Below are positions 9,362 through 18,581 of a stretch of 64,000 bases of DNA, one piece after another. Within the stretch, counting starts at the first letter, position 1. Each line of letters starts with the position of its first letter. The stretch comes from Candidatus Multivorans sp. (GTDB lineage Bacteria > Acidobacteriota > Thermoanaerobaculia > Multivoradales > Multivoraceae), in NCBI GenBank assembly GCA_965224025.1, contig OZ245033.1, positions 2,336,001 to 2,400,000 on the forward strand, given 5' to 3'. The notes beneath the pieces were generated by a model. It was not told the origin of the DNA and made no database searches. It saw only the letters and a program-made list of their open reading frames with translations. The position numbers and the translations under genes are program-made.

Positions 9362-10731
9362 AGTCCAATCCAATCCTGAAATGAGCCTGAACGGGACGGT
9401 CGTTGGGAAGTGATCTGGTCCGGTTCCGGGAAGGTTCTGGAGCGGCAGACGGAGCGTCAGCGGAGTCTGCCGCCTAAAAGGTTGGGCCCGCTCGGCGGGC
9501 GGCGAGTACCGGCTGGGGCGCCGGCGGTCTGGGTTTCGGGTTGCATGGAGTTCAAGCGCTTCGTCGGCGGTGAGGGTCGGACTCTCGGTCGATGAGGTCG
9601 AAGAGTCTGGCACGAGCCTGGTTGAGAGCGAGGGCGGCATCGAGATCGCTTTCGGCCTTGGCTTGTTCTTCGAGGGCGGCGATGGTGAGGCCAGACTTCA
9701 GGTACTGCTCGACGTCGGGCAGGGACTTGAGCTTCTCGAACGGCGTCATCGTGTCCTGGTATCGGTAGCGGCTGGTCTTCTTTCCGCGCCGGTCGACAAC
9801 CTCGGTGGGGAACAGGCACGGGCGGTGGAAGTTCAGGTAGGGCGTTAGTGTTAGGGTGTCGCGGGAGAAGACGTTGACCTCGCGGGCGAACAGCTTCGGG
9901 ATGTGTCCGTAGCCGAAGTAGCGCCGGATCACGTTGCCGTTCTTGGACTCGACCAGCGCGTTGTCGTTGCTGTAGCGCGGCCGCGACTTGGTGAACTCCT
10001 CGACATGCAGGTTGGTCAACATCTCGGCCACGCGGTGGTTGATGTACTCCGATCCGTTGTCGGCGTGAAAGCCCAACACCCTGAACGGACAAGACTTGAT
10101 CGACTCCTCGAGCATCCGAAGCAGAAAGCGCTCCGAGATCGCCCGCACCGTGCCCACGTGCTCCCACTGCGTGACCTCGTCCACCAGGTTGATGTGGAAC
10201 ACGCCTTTCCGGCCGTCCTTCTCCCCCTGATCCACGGTGTCCACGCGCAGAAAGCCCGGCCGGCCCGAGGGCGCGGGCTTGCGCCGCTCGGCGATCCCGA
10301 CCTGCCGCGCCTTCGTCTTCCTGAAGACCGTGCGGCGCCGACTGTAGGCGGTCGAGTTGCGCAGGTTGTAGAAATGGCCGTTCGAGATCACAGCCAAGCG
10401 CTCGAAGCGCTCGTCGCCGTACTCCTCGACCATCCTCCGCATCACCGCCCGCGTGGCGTGGCCGCACATCTGGCCCAGCGCCGCATCGACCTCCGCCAAC
10501 AAGCCGATGTCGGCCTTGGTGAACCGCGCCTTGACGAGTAGGCGGACGACCGATCCGTATGCCGAAAGCTCGCCTCTCCGCCCGAGGACACGAACTCACG
10601 TACTTGATCCAGGGTCTGAAGACGGTGCGTCTGTAGCGACACGATCATCCTCCGATGATCCCCGATCCCACCGGCTCACGCTCACCTCTCGCTGGATTCA
10701 CGCTCCCCGTTCACGCTCACTTCTCGCTGGA
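9362..10731 (-). mobile_element. IS remnant with integrase-core (rve, DDE) transposase; CDS 9552-10648 broken near its 5' end
   Basis: DDE motifs PGFLRVDTV, FHADNGSEYIN and SRPRYSNDNALVESKN. The N-terminus MIVSLQTHRLQTLDQVREF is in a different frame. Imperfect inverted ends: AGTCCAATCCAATCCTGAAATGAGCCTGA (9362) vs TCACGCTCACCTCTCGCTGGATTCACGCT (10676). Confidence 0.8.
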
Positions 10732-10743
10732 CAGCACGGGCGC

Positions 10744-10771
10744 TTGACAGGCTTGACAGCCGTGCTAAAGT
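10744..10771 (+). promoter_or_regulatory. Putative sigma70 promoter for the small secreted-protein operon
   Basis: TTGACA (10744), 16 nt spacer, then TGcTAAAGT extended -10. AGGAGG follows at about 10786. Confidence 0.5.
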
Positions 10772-10802
10772 AATGGCCACACAACAGGAGGTCCTCCAAT
10801 AG

Positions 10803-11060
10803 AGGAAAGACAGTTGCTTCCGGGGCGCGCTACTGAGCGCGCTGTTCTTCGCTCTGATCGTCGGCGGCACGCCGAGCATCGCTGTAGCCCAAGCTCCTAC
10901 CGGAGTGGAGGTTGTCTGCGGCGGTCCGTTGACGATCTTGTCGTGCGCGGAGAAGCTGTGGCGCTGCGTGTTCAAGAACGGTCGGCCCGTCGGCGAGTGC
11001 GGTCGAGAATACGTCGATTGTATCGGTCCGTGGGGCGGTCCACACTTGGGCGGTGCCTAA
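10803..11060 (+). CDS. Small secreted Cys-rich peptide lacking a clean start codon (possible pseudogene)
   Basis: Not in the ORF track. Hand translation: RKDSCFRGALLSALFFALIVGGTPSIAVAQAPTGVEVVCGGPLTILSCAEKLWRCVFKNGRPVGECGREYVDCIGPWGGPHLGGA*. Signal peptide ends AVA-Q. An in-frame TAG sits at 10800, where the start is expected. Confidence 0.55.
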   Translation, partial: RKDSCFRGALLSALFFALIVGGTPSIAVAQAPTGVEVVCGGPLTILSCAEKLWRCVFKNGRPVGECGREYVDCIGPWGGPHLGGA

Positions 11061-11513
11061 GTGAGGCAGACTCTACGAGTCGCGCTGTTGAGTCTGCTGT
11101 TCTTTGGCGGGTTGGCGCTGCTTTCAGTGCCAGCGGTGGCTCAGGGGACGCCGGACAACATGGAATGTGAGGGCCTGGACTGCTCGGACGCAATAGCCGT
11201 CACTGACACTGACGATCCGAACGACCTCAACCATCTGGTGCCGATCTATGTTCCGCCGTACACTCCTCCGCCGCCACACCCGCTTCCGCCGGACTACCCG
11301 CCGCCTTCGGGGGATCAAGCACTAACAGCGGAAGATTGGGCCGCGATCGACGACTTGATGGGCGACCTATGCGAGGCAATCCGGAACGGTGATGACGCAG
11401 GAACGATAATCGCGGCGATCTTGGCGATCGCGAAGAAGAACGCAGTGCTGTTCGTGATAGTCAAGGGCGCTCTTGAGGTGGCGGAGGCAGGGTGCTCTCT
11501 TGCGGGGAAATGA
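11061..11513 (+). CDS. Secreted hypothetical protein (signal peptide, Pro-rich linker, helical hydrophobic C-terminus)
   Basis: Signal peptide ending AVA-Q and a PPYTPPPPHPLPP linker. Abuts the upstream stop codon. Confidence 0.65.
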   Translation: MRQTLRVALLSLLFFGGLALLSVPAVAQGTPDNMECEGLDCSDAIAVTDTDDPNDLNHLVPIYVPPYTPPPPHPLPPDYPPPSGDQALTAEDWAAIDDLMGDLCEAIRNGDDAGTIIAAILAIAKKNAVLFVIVKGALEVAEAGCSLAGK

Positions 11514-11514
11514 G

Positions 11515-11706
11515 ATGAAGGACTTTCGAGCTGTCATCTGTTTGGTGCTTCTCGCGCTTCTCGGCGGCCATGTGTGGAGTTTGATCAAGAATGCCGAATG
11601 GGGATCGTTGGCCGTTGTTTCGGTTGTCGCCGTTGGTGGGGTACTCCTAGCGCGCAGCCGGAGCTTGGCTCGATACTCGGCGGAGCGCCGAACAGGGCCG
11701 CAATAG
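11515..11706 (+). CDS. Small two-TM membrane protein
   Basis: MKDFRAVICLVLLALLGG...SLAVVSVVAVGGVLL, starting 1 nt after the previous stop. Confidence 0.55.
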   Translation: MKDFRAVICLVLLALLGGHVWSLIKNAEWGSLAVVSVVAVGGVLLARSRSLARYSAERRTGPQ

Positions 11707-11937
11707 ACGCGGAAAAGGGATTCAGTGAAGGTCCCGTTCGAAGAGTTCTCTGTCCTGTTCCCCAGTGAAGAGCTGGTCGGGTCGCTTGAGCAGATGAACT
11801 CTGAGCTCGGGGCCTTCCCTCATCCCTTGTTCGGCGCAAGTGCCGATGAGGATGAGCCGTCGCGTGCGGCGCTTGCGTTCGGCCGCTGTTACGCGGTGCT
11901 TGGCGCGCCTGATCCTGCGGTTTCAGCTCTTCTCGTC

Positions 11938-12215
11938 GCCGACCACCTGACCCGCGAGGGCGACTACTCCCGCGATGCCTCCGCGCTCGAAGGAGAGCGG
12001 CAACACGCCTGAGTGGGCCACGGACTCGCCTCGCGACTACTGGGCCGCGGCGGACGATCATGAGCGCGCCAACGGGCGGCTGCACCGCGAGGTTCACTTC
12101 GCGCTGCCGGCCGAGCTCGGCGACGGCGAAGCAGCGCGCCTTGGCACGGCGGTTCGCGCGGGACGTGACCGGCCAGGAGTTGTTTGCCGCACACCCTGGT
12201 GATTCCACGAGGGAG
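11938..12215 (+). pseudogene. MobA/MobL (MOBQ) relaxase remnant
   Basis: ADHLTREGDYSRD, then a frameshift to ESGNTPEWATDSPRDYWAAADDHERANGRLHREVHFALPAEL, then LPHTLVI. These match recalled RSF1010 MobA-type motifs (YWxAADxxERANGRL..EV.FALP.EL). Confidence 0.75.
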
Positions 12216-12371
12216 CACCTGGGGCGACAGGCGCTGTAAGGCCTCGTGGCTGAGCGTGGCAACTGCGTCGCGCCCCGCCAGTTCGGGCTCTGGCGTACGC
12301 CGTCGCGGTTCGAGCGTCGCGCCATCAGCCTCCGCGAGCGTCAGATGGGATTCCTCGCCGCCTTTTCTTCC

Positions 12372-12689
12372 CTAACGCATCCGCGCCACCGTGGCGCCCC
12401 ATCCACCGCCGCCGGGACCGCCGCTCCTGAACGACACGACCCGCGGGTCGCGCTCCAGCACCTTGCGCACGATCTGGCGCTGGACGCCGATCCCGCGGCC
12501 ATGGATGATCCGTACCTCGCGGAACCCCTTCTCGTACGCGGCGTCGAGATAGCTCTCGACGACGTCCTTCACCTCCCGGGGCTGGAACGGATGGAGGTCG
12601 ATCTCATCGCCGATGGGCACCTCGACAACGTCGTCGGAATCGATGGCGCCGCGCCGCGCATCGGGTTCGGAGTGGTCTTCGGGTGGCAC
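12372..12689 (-). CDS. Smr/MutS2 domain protein
   Basis: IDLH, VRIIHGRGIG and GGWGAT motifs. Confidence 0.9.
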   Translation of the reverse strand: MPPEDHSEPDARRGAIDSDDVVEVPIGDEIDLHPFQPREVKDVVESYLDAAYEKGFREVRIIHGRGIGVQRQIVRKVLERDPRVVSFRSGGPGGGGWGATVARMR

Positions 12690-12724
12690 GCCGGCATCGT
12701 AGCGCCGCAGGCTAGACTCGGTCC

Positions 12725-13717
12725 ATGGCCGATCCGCTCACCCGACGCCCGCCACGACGGCGCGAGCCGCTGCGCGAACTCGACGCGGCGGACTTTCCGG
12801 GGTGCCGGGCGGTGTCGATTCCCGCATCGGAGATCGAGGACTACGAGGGGCGCGTCGAGTACTGGGAGGCGCGTACGGAGACGGCGATGATCGCCGAGCC
12901 GACCACGACCTATCACGAGATTCCGTCGGCGGGAGTAGTGGGTCTGGTGGAGGTGATTTCCCTGGCACGTGGCTCGAAGATCCTGGCGCTCGGTTCGGCG
13001 GACCTGGTGCTGTTCGGGGAACGAGGGGGGCGTGAGGCCCTGATGCAGCCGGACGCGATGTTCTTTCTGGACCGCCCGTGGCCACAGGAGAAAGTGATCG
13101 ACATCGACACCGGCCCGCTGCCGGATGTGGTGCTGGAAGTGGACCACACGACCGACGCGCGGCGGCGGAAGCTGGAAATCTACGCGTCGTGGGGCCTTCC
13201 CGAGGTGTGGATCGAGGTGCCGGAACCGGCGTGGCTTGCGCCGCGGAAGTCGGGTCGGCCGCGCCTTGAAATCCGCCTGCTGAAAGGAGACGGCTACGTC
13301 GAGTCGGCGAGTAGCCGGACATTCCCGGGGTGGACGGCGGCGGAGATCCACCGAGCGCTGAACGAAGAGGTGCGTTCGGCGGACACGGCGGCGGCGCTCC
13401 GGCGGGTGGGCCGGCGGATGGGCCGGATGGCTGGAACCGGTCCGGACGACGACCTTTTCCTCGGCGCCGAGCGGGCCGAGAGCCGGGAGGAGGGTCACGC
13501 CGAGGGTCGTGCCGAGGGTCGAACAGTCGGACGCCTGGACGCGACGCGGTGTCTCGTCCGGCAGACGCTCGAAGCGCGCGGCGTCCCGGTGACCGACAGC
13601 ATCGAGGATTGGCTTGCCGGACTCGAGACAGTTCCCTCTGCCGCGTCTCTGATGGCGGCGGCCGTTGGCTGCCAGGATGCGGACGACTTCCTCCGCCGGG
13701 TGCTCAGAACAGCTTGA
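12725..13717 (+). CDS. Uma2 (DUF820) family endonuclease-like protein
   Basis: QPDAMF, PDVVLEVD and RRKLEIYASWGLPEVW motifs, with a C-terminal EGRAEG repeat. Confidence 0.85.
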   Translation: MADPLTRRPPRRREPLRELDAADFPGCRAVSIPASEIEDYEGRVEYWEARTETAMIAEPTTTYHEIPSAGVVGLVEVISLARGSKILALGSADLVLFGERGGREALMQPDAMFFLDRPWPQEKVIDIDTGPLPDVVLEVDHTTDARRRKLEIYASWGLPEVWIEVPEPAWLAPRKSGRPRLEIRLLKGDGYVESASSRTFPGWTAAEIHRALNEEVRSADTAAALRRVGRRMGRMAGTGPDDDLFLGAERAESREEGHAEGRAEGRTVGRLDATRCLVRQTLEARGVPVTDSIEDWLAGLETVPSAASLMAAAVGCQDADDFLRRVLRTA

Positions 13718-16703
13718 GCACCGCGATGAAGGCGCTCCAGCCGTCGTCCGGTCCGGCGAGCGCGGTGCCCACGTCCATGTTGACCACCGTGCCCCAGGGG
13801 CCGATGAAGGTGCCGACGATGCCGGCGCCGGCGAGCAGCTCGTTGTCCAGGCCGGAGGCCATGTCCGTCGCCCAGGCGGCGTCGCCGACCAGGTCGATGC
13901 GGAAGAGCTGGCCGAGTTCGAAGCCGTAGCTCAGGTGCGCCGCCGCCGCCCGTTCCGCGCGCACCTTGTCGCTCTGGTAGCCGTGGACGGTGACGTCCGA
14001 GAAGAACCCGAACTCGTACTTGCTGAAGCGGTCCAGGTCGGCGCCGTCCACGTACTCGAAGGACAGGCCGACCTTCTGGAACTTCGGCAGGTGCCAGGTC
14101 TTGGCGACGCCCGCGTTCCAGAGAGTGTAGGTGTCCGGGGTCACGTTGGCGGCGTCGAAACCCCAGGGCTCCCAGCCGCCTCGCAGGTTCCAGGTGCCGC
14201 CGAGCACCAACCGGTAGCCGGAACGCGTGTAGCGGAGGGTGGTTCCCAGGCTGTGACTCAGGTGATCCGCCGGCAGAACGAAGTCCTCACCGGTCTCGTC
14301 GGCCCGCTGGAAGTTGTTCCAGGACAACTCGTAGCGGAAGTCGAGCTTGGTGTAGCTGCCGAGCGGCCGGCCGAGGCTGAAGTCCATGTTCGGGCGCAGC
14401 CGTTCCACGTTCTCCCGAGGCGACTCCCGGCCGTCGCGGTAGAGGGTGTCCTGGCCCGCGAAGGCGAGCGCGAAGATGTCGACGCCGGCATCCCACCGCG
14501 AGCCGAACAGGCTCGGGTTCGCGATGTTGGCGAGGATCAGCGGACCGGCGATGAACAGGTCGGCCTGCATTCCCGTTCCCCGCCAGTCGAAGGCGAGCCA
14601 GTTCACGCCGCCCAGCGGCAGGGGACCATCCTGGGCCTCGTCGTAGAAAGCGCCGCCGACGATGAACATGCGGGTCTTGTCGTCCTCCTTGACCACCCGT
14701 TCGCCGGTCTCGTTGTCGACGGCCAGGTAGCGAAGCCCCACCTCGGTGTCGCGCACCATCGTCGCTTCGGAGGCCAGGACCGCCTGCCGGCGGGTTTCGA
14801 AGTCGCCGGGATTGATCCGGATGCCGGTGAGTTCGGTCAACCCCTCGACGACCGTGGTCGCGTTCAGCAGCGAGAACAGCCGCTGGCTGACGACGCGGGC
14901 CGGCAGCCAGTACGAGGACCGCTCCCACGCCGCCGGGTCGCCTTCCTCGTCGACCGGTGTGTAGACCGTCGTTTCGTCGTTTGAGAGAACATCGCCGGTC
15001 AGCCCGAGCTGGATCGCGCGGGTCTTCACCCGGGCGTAGATCTCGCGGTCCACCCATACCGTGCCGCGGAACAGGCTGCGGCCCTCGGCCAGCGCCGCCG
15101 CCGGCTCGAAATCCACGACCCAGGTGTCCCGGCCCTCGACGGTCGCGGTGCCCCGCAGCCGGTAGCGGTACTCCTTCGTGAAGGTGATCGCGGCCGGCAT
15201 CGCGGCCGCCTTTTCCGGCTGGATCAGGGGGATCTCGGGGATCTTCTTGCGCCGCCAGCGGATGCCGTTGACGAAGAAGTTGTCCCAGGCCCAGTCGAAA
15301 CCGGCCTTGCATTGAGCAGGTCTCTTCCCGTGCGTCAGCGCCGCGCAGACGCCGCGACTTGACTCCTGGCGGAAGAAGAAGGGGCCCTGGAAGGTCACGT
15401 CGACCGTCTGGATGCCGGTGCCGAGTTGGAAGCGCAGGGAGGTCGTGTTCGTGGCGCTGTAGTTCGCGATCCGTCTGGACTGATCGTCCTCGAAGGCCTG
15501 CAGCCGCCTCAGGATCTCGCCGACCGGCACCTGCCGGGTGTCGGCAACGGTCAATGCCTCCTCGATGCTCTCCGCCCCGTCGAGGCCAACCGCCAAGTCG
15601 CGCTCGAGCCGGAAGACGAAGGGACCGTCCGTTTCGGCCAGTTCGAGTTGATAGCCGCTTCGGGTGCGCCGGCCGCCGAAGAGCAGGTCGGTTTCGCCGG
15701 TCGCGAGGTCGAAGCGAGCGGCCGAGCCGAGCTGCCGGTCGCTGAAACTGAGCGTGACCGGCGCGCCTTCTGCCGGCGGCGACACGACGATCCGCAGGCT
15801 CAGGTCCTCGCCGTGGACGAAGCTCCAGGCCGTGGCACCCGAGGGCGTCGAGTAGGGATCGAAGGCGACGTCCCCCGAGAATTCCCGAGCGACCAGGCGG
15901 GCGGCTCGAACCGCCGCCGCGTCGCCGTCCCCGTCGCCGGGGAGTGGAAACAGGGACAGGGTGGCGCCGGCCTCCGCCTCCGCCGCGGCGCGCACGAGCA
16001 GGTCGCCGCCGGCGTCCGCGGCCGCGGTCGGCTCGCGCTCCACCGCCATCAGGGCGTCCGGATCGAGGTCGCGGAGCAATCGCCTGAGTGCGGCCAGGTC
16101 GATCTCGCCGGCCGCTCCGTCGACGCTGAACGAGACGCCGTCAAGATAGGCGTCGAGTTCCTGCCCGTAGAGGCTGCGAATCAAACCGTCATCGGCGGGA
16201 AACGACTGGGAGACGACGAGGGCATCGGGCTGTGCGCCGGAGACCGCCACCGCGGCCCGCTTCAGGGCGAGGGCGTACTCCTGGACTTGTAGGGGTTCGT
16301 CCTGAATCTCCACTGGCCAGATGATCTGGAAGAAGGCGCCGGGCGACGCCGTCCGCGCGAGGTCGGCGAGCCGCTCCAGCTCCGTCGCCAGTTCGTCGCC
16401 GCGGCCGGCCGCCGGCGGGGGCTCGGCGAAGCGAACCGCGTACCACGGCACGGCGCCGCTGTCGCGCAGCCGCGACGCCGCCTCGACCGCCGCGCCGACC
16501 TCGGCCTCATCCGCGAGGTCGACGGGCCACTTGACCACGAGCAGCGCCTCCTCCGGCAGCTCCGGCAAGGTGCCCAGGATCTCTGCCGCCCCCGCGGGGT
16601 CCTCCGTGGCCAGACCGACGCAGGGATTGCACGGCAACTGCCCGGCCGCTGGCAGAGCGCCAGCAAGCAGGAAGACTGAGGCAAGCAGGGGTCGCTTCAT
16701 CAT
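13704..16703 (-). CDS. Large outer-membrane protein (N-terminal GH-like region, central sorting-like domain, C-terminal beta-barrel)
   Basis: 999 aa ORF with a signal peptide, a GTVWVDREIYARVK segment, amphipathic beta-strands and a terminal F. Confidence 0.7.
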   Translation of the reverse strand: MMKRPLLASVFLLAGALPAAGQLPCNPCVGLATEDPAGAAEILGTLPELPEEALLVVKWPVDLADEAEVGAAVEAASRLRDSGAVPWYAVRFAEPPPAAGRGDELATELERLADLARTASPGAFFQIIWPVEIQDEPLQVQEYALALKRAAVAVSGAQPDALVVSQSFPADDGLIRSLYGQELDAYLDGVSFSVDGAAGEIDLAALRRLLRDLDPDALMAVEREPTAAADAGGDLLVRAAAEAEAGATLSLFPLPGDGDGDAAAVRAARLVAREFSGDVAFDPYSTPSGATAWSFVHGEDLSLRIVVSPPAEGAPVTLSFSDRQLGSAARFDLATGETDLLFGGRRTRSGYQLELAETDGPFVFRLERDLAVGLDGAESIEEALTVADTRQVPVGEILRRLQAFEDDQSRRIANYSATNTTSLRFQLGTGIQTVDVTFQGPFFFRQESSRGVCAALTHGKRPAQCKAGFDWAWDNFFVNGIRWRRKKIPEIPLIQPEKAAAMPAAITFTKEYRYRLRGTATVEGRDTWVVDFEPAAALAEGRSLFRGTVWVDREIYARVKTRAIQLGLTGDVLSNDETTVYTPVDEEGDPAAWERSSYWLPARVVSQRLFSLLNATTVVEGLTELTGIRINPGDFETRRQAVLASEATMVRDTEVGLRYLAVDNETGERVVKEDDKTRMFIVGGAFYDEAQDGPLPLGGVNWLAFDWRGTGMQADLFIAGPLILANIANPSLFGSRWDAGVDIFALAFAGQDTLYRDGRESPRENVERLRPNMDFSLGRPLGSYTKLDFRYELSWNNFQRADETGEDFVLPADHLSHSLGTTLRYTRSGYRLVLGGTWNLRGGWEPWGFDAANVTPDTYTLWNAGVAKTWHLPKFQKVGLSFEYVDGADLDRFSKYEFGFFSDVTVHGYQSDKVRAERAAAAHLSYGFELGQLFRIDLVGDAAWATDMASGLDNELLAGAGIVGTFIGPWGTVVNMDVGTALAGPDDGWSAFIAVLKLF

Positions 16704-16819
16704 TTCTCTCTGAGTTCCTCCAGCCCGGTGTCGGACCTTAGCCCGGATAACACCCTGAAGCGGCTCAGATTCCCGGTTCGCGGAGAGTGTCGGTCTACGT
16801 TTGCCTCGTGTACCAGCGC

Positions 16820-17224
16820 TCTCGGCACCGCCGTCCAGCCCAGTCGGGGAAAGAAGAATGGGCTGAGTAGCGGGACTGACCCGGATGCCGCCCGCGGCGG
16901 ATGCGGACCAGAAGGTCCGCGCACCCAGAGAACGGCCTCAGGTGTGGCGGAGTTCTCTACATGCAGATGAGATGACATCGCTCAGGCGCTGCGGACCAGA
17001 GGGAATCACCCAGAGGCAGGTCGGTGCCTGGCCTTGCACTCGGCACCGCCGTCCAGCCCAGTCGGGTCAGGAGGGGTCTGCTCCCAGGTGCCTCTGAACG
17101 AGCGACGCCCGACGACATCGCACTCACCGACGCCCAACCGGAGCGAGTGAAGCGGAGTGAGCGCCACCCCTTCCCATCTCCTCTCAAGCGCTCACGTCAC
17201 CTGGGAGCTGACCCCTCCTGACCC
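16820..17224. repeat. Intergenic repeat cluster: 27 bp direct repeat plus 27 bp inverted repeat
   Basis: TCGGCACCGCCGTCCAGCCCAGTCGGG at about 16822 and 17040. GGGTCAGGAGGGGTCTGCTCCCAGGTG (17064-17090) is inverted with CACCTGGGAGCTGACCCCTCCTGACCC (17198-17224), 1 mismatch. Confidence 0.85.
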
Positions 17225-17277
17225 CAAGACGGGCGGGTGCGTCCTCCGCCGCCGCCGTCCTCCGCCTCCGCCGCCGG

Positions 17278-18345
17278 CTAGCCGGCGGCCGCCGTCTGCT
17301 CGCCGGACTCGGCGGCGGCGACGATCGCCGGCAGGCCCATCTCGGAGCGGAGGTGCGCCTCGATCTCGTCGGCCAGGTCCGGGTTGTCGCGGAGGAACCG
17401 CTTCGCGTTCTCGCGGCCCTGGCCAAGCCTCACGTCGCCGGCCGAGAACCAGGCGCCGCTCTTCATGACCCGCTTGTGCTGGATGCCTAGGTCGATCAGC
17501 TCACCGACGCGGGAGATGCCCTCGCCGTAGTCGATGTCGAACTCGGCGAGCCGGAAGGGGGGCGCGACCTTGTTCTTGACCACCTTGATCCGCACCCGCG
17601 AGCCAACCACCTGGTCGCCGTCCTTGAGCGCGCCGATGCGGCGGATGTCGATGCGGACGGAAGAGTAGAACTTGAGCGCCCGGCCGCCCGTCGTCGTCTC
17701 GGGCGAGCCGAACATGACGCCGATCTTCTCGCGGATCTGGTTGATGAACACCACCGTCGTCCGCGACTTGGCGATGATGGCGGTCAGCTTCCGCAGCGCC
17801 TGGGACATGAGACGGGCCTGGAGGCCGACATGGGAGTCCCCCATCTCGCCTTCCAGTTCGGCGCGCGGCACCAGGGCGGCGACCGAGTCGATCACGACGA
17901 TGTCGAGCGCGTTCGAACGCACCAGCATCTCGGCGATCTCGAGCGCCTGCTCGCCGCTGTCGGGCTGGGAGACCAGGAGGTCGTCGATGTTGACGCCGAT
18001 CTTCTCGGCGTACTCGGCGTCCAGCGCGTGCTCCGCGTCGATGAATGCCGCGGCGCCGCCGGTGCGCTGGGCCTGTCCGACGACCGACAGGGCCAGGGTC
18101 GTCTTGCCGCTCGATTCCGGACCGTAGACCTCGACGACGCGGCCGCGGGGGAAGCCGCCGGTGCCGATGGCGTGGTCGACGGCCAGCGAACCGGTCGAGA
18201 TCGATTCGACGCCGAGGTTCTCCTGTTCGCCGAGGCGCATGATCGCGCCTTTTCCGAACTGACGTTCGATCTGGGTGAGCGCGCCCGCGATGCCTTCCTC
18301 GCGGCCGACTTGCTGCTTGCGCGCATTCGCGCGGGTGGGGGTCAT
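17278..18345 (-). CDS. recA: Recombinase RecA
   Basis: [23 protein letters not shown] and [16 protein letters not shown] motifs. Confidence 0.99.
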   Translation of the reverse strand: MTPTRANARKQQVGREEGIAGALTQIERQFGKGAIMRLGEQENLGVESISTGSLAVDHAIGTGGFPRGRVVEVYGPESSGKTTLALSVVGQAQRTGGAAAFIDAEHALDAEYAEKIGVNIDDLLVSQPDSGEQALEIAEMLVRSNALDIVVIDSVAALVPRAELEGEMGDSHVGLQARLMSQALRKLTAIIAKSRTTVVFINQIREKIGVMFGSPETTTGGRALKFYSSVRIDIRRIGALKDGDQVVGSRVRIKVVKNKVAPPFRLAEFDIDYGEGISRVGELIDLGIQHKRVMKSGAWFSAGDVRLGQGRENAKRFLRDNPDLADEIEAHLRSEMGLPAIVAAAESGEQTAAAG

Positions 18346-18581
18346 GGGTTTCTTGTTCCTCTTGTGTGGCTATCGGCGCGTTGGCGGTGTTCGGGGGTGG
18401 AAGTTCGGGCGTGATCGGCGGCCTTCGAGGGGGCGGCGACGCGCTCCCGGCGGCGTCGCCGAAGGCTGTGCGTGGCTATACTTCCGCGCGACCGATGCGG
18501 CGGTCCCCTGGATCGTCAGACGGTTGAACGGAAGGCGGGACCTGGCCGCTGCGGACGCTCGGCGACGTGGCGTAGAACAAC

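Noticed and set aside
16820-17070. 27 bp direct repeats as a CRISPR array
   Set aside because: Only two copies about 190 bp apart, no regular spacers and no cas genes in the window.
18389-18406. GTTC...GTTC upstream of recA as a LexA box
   Set aside because: The spacing is 10 nt rather than the GTTC-N7-GTTC reported for Alphaproteobacteria/Acidobacterium, so it is not supportable.
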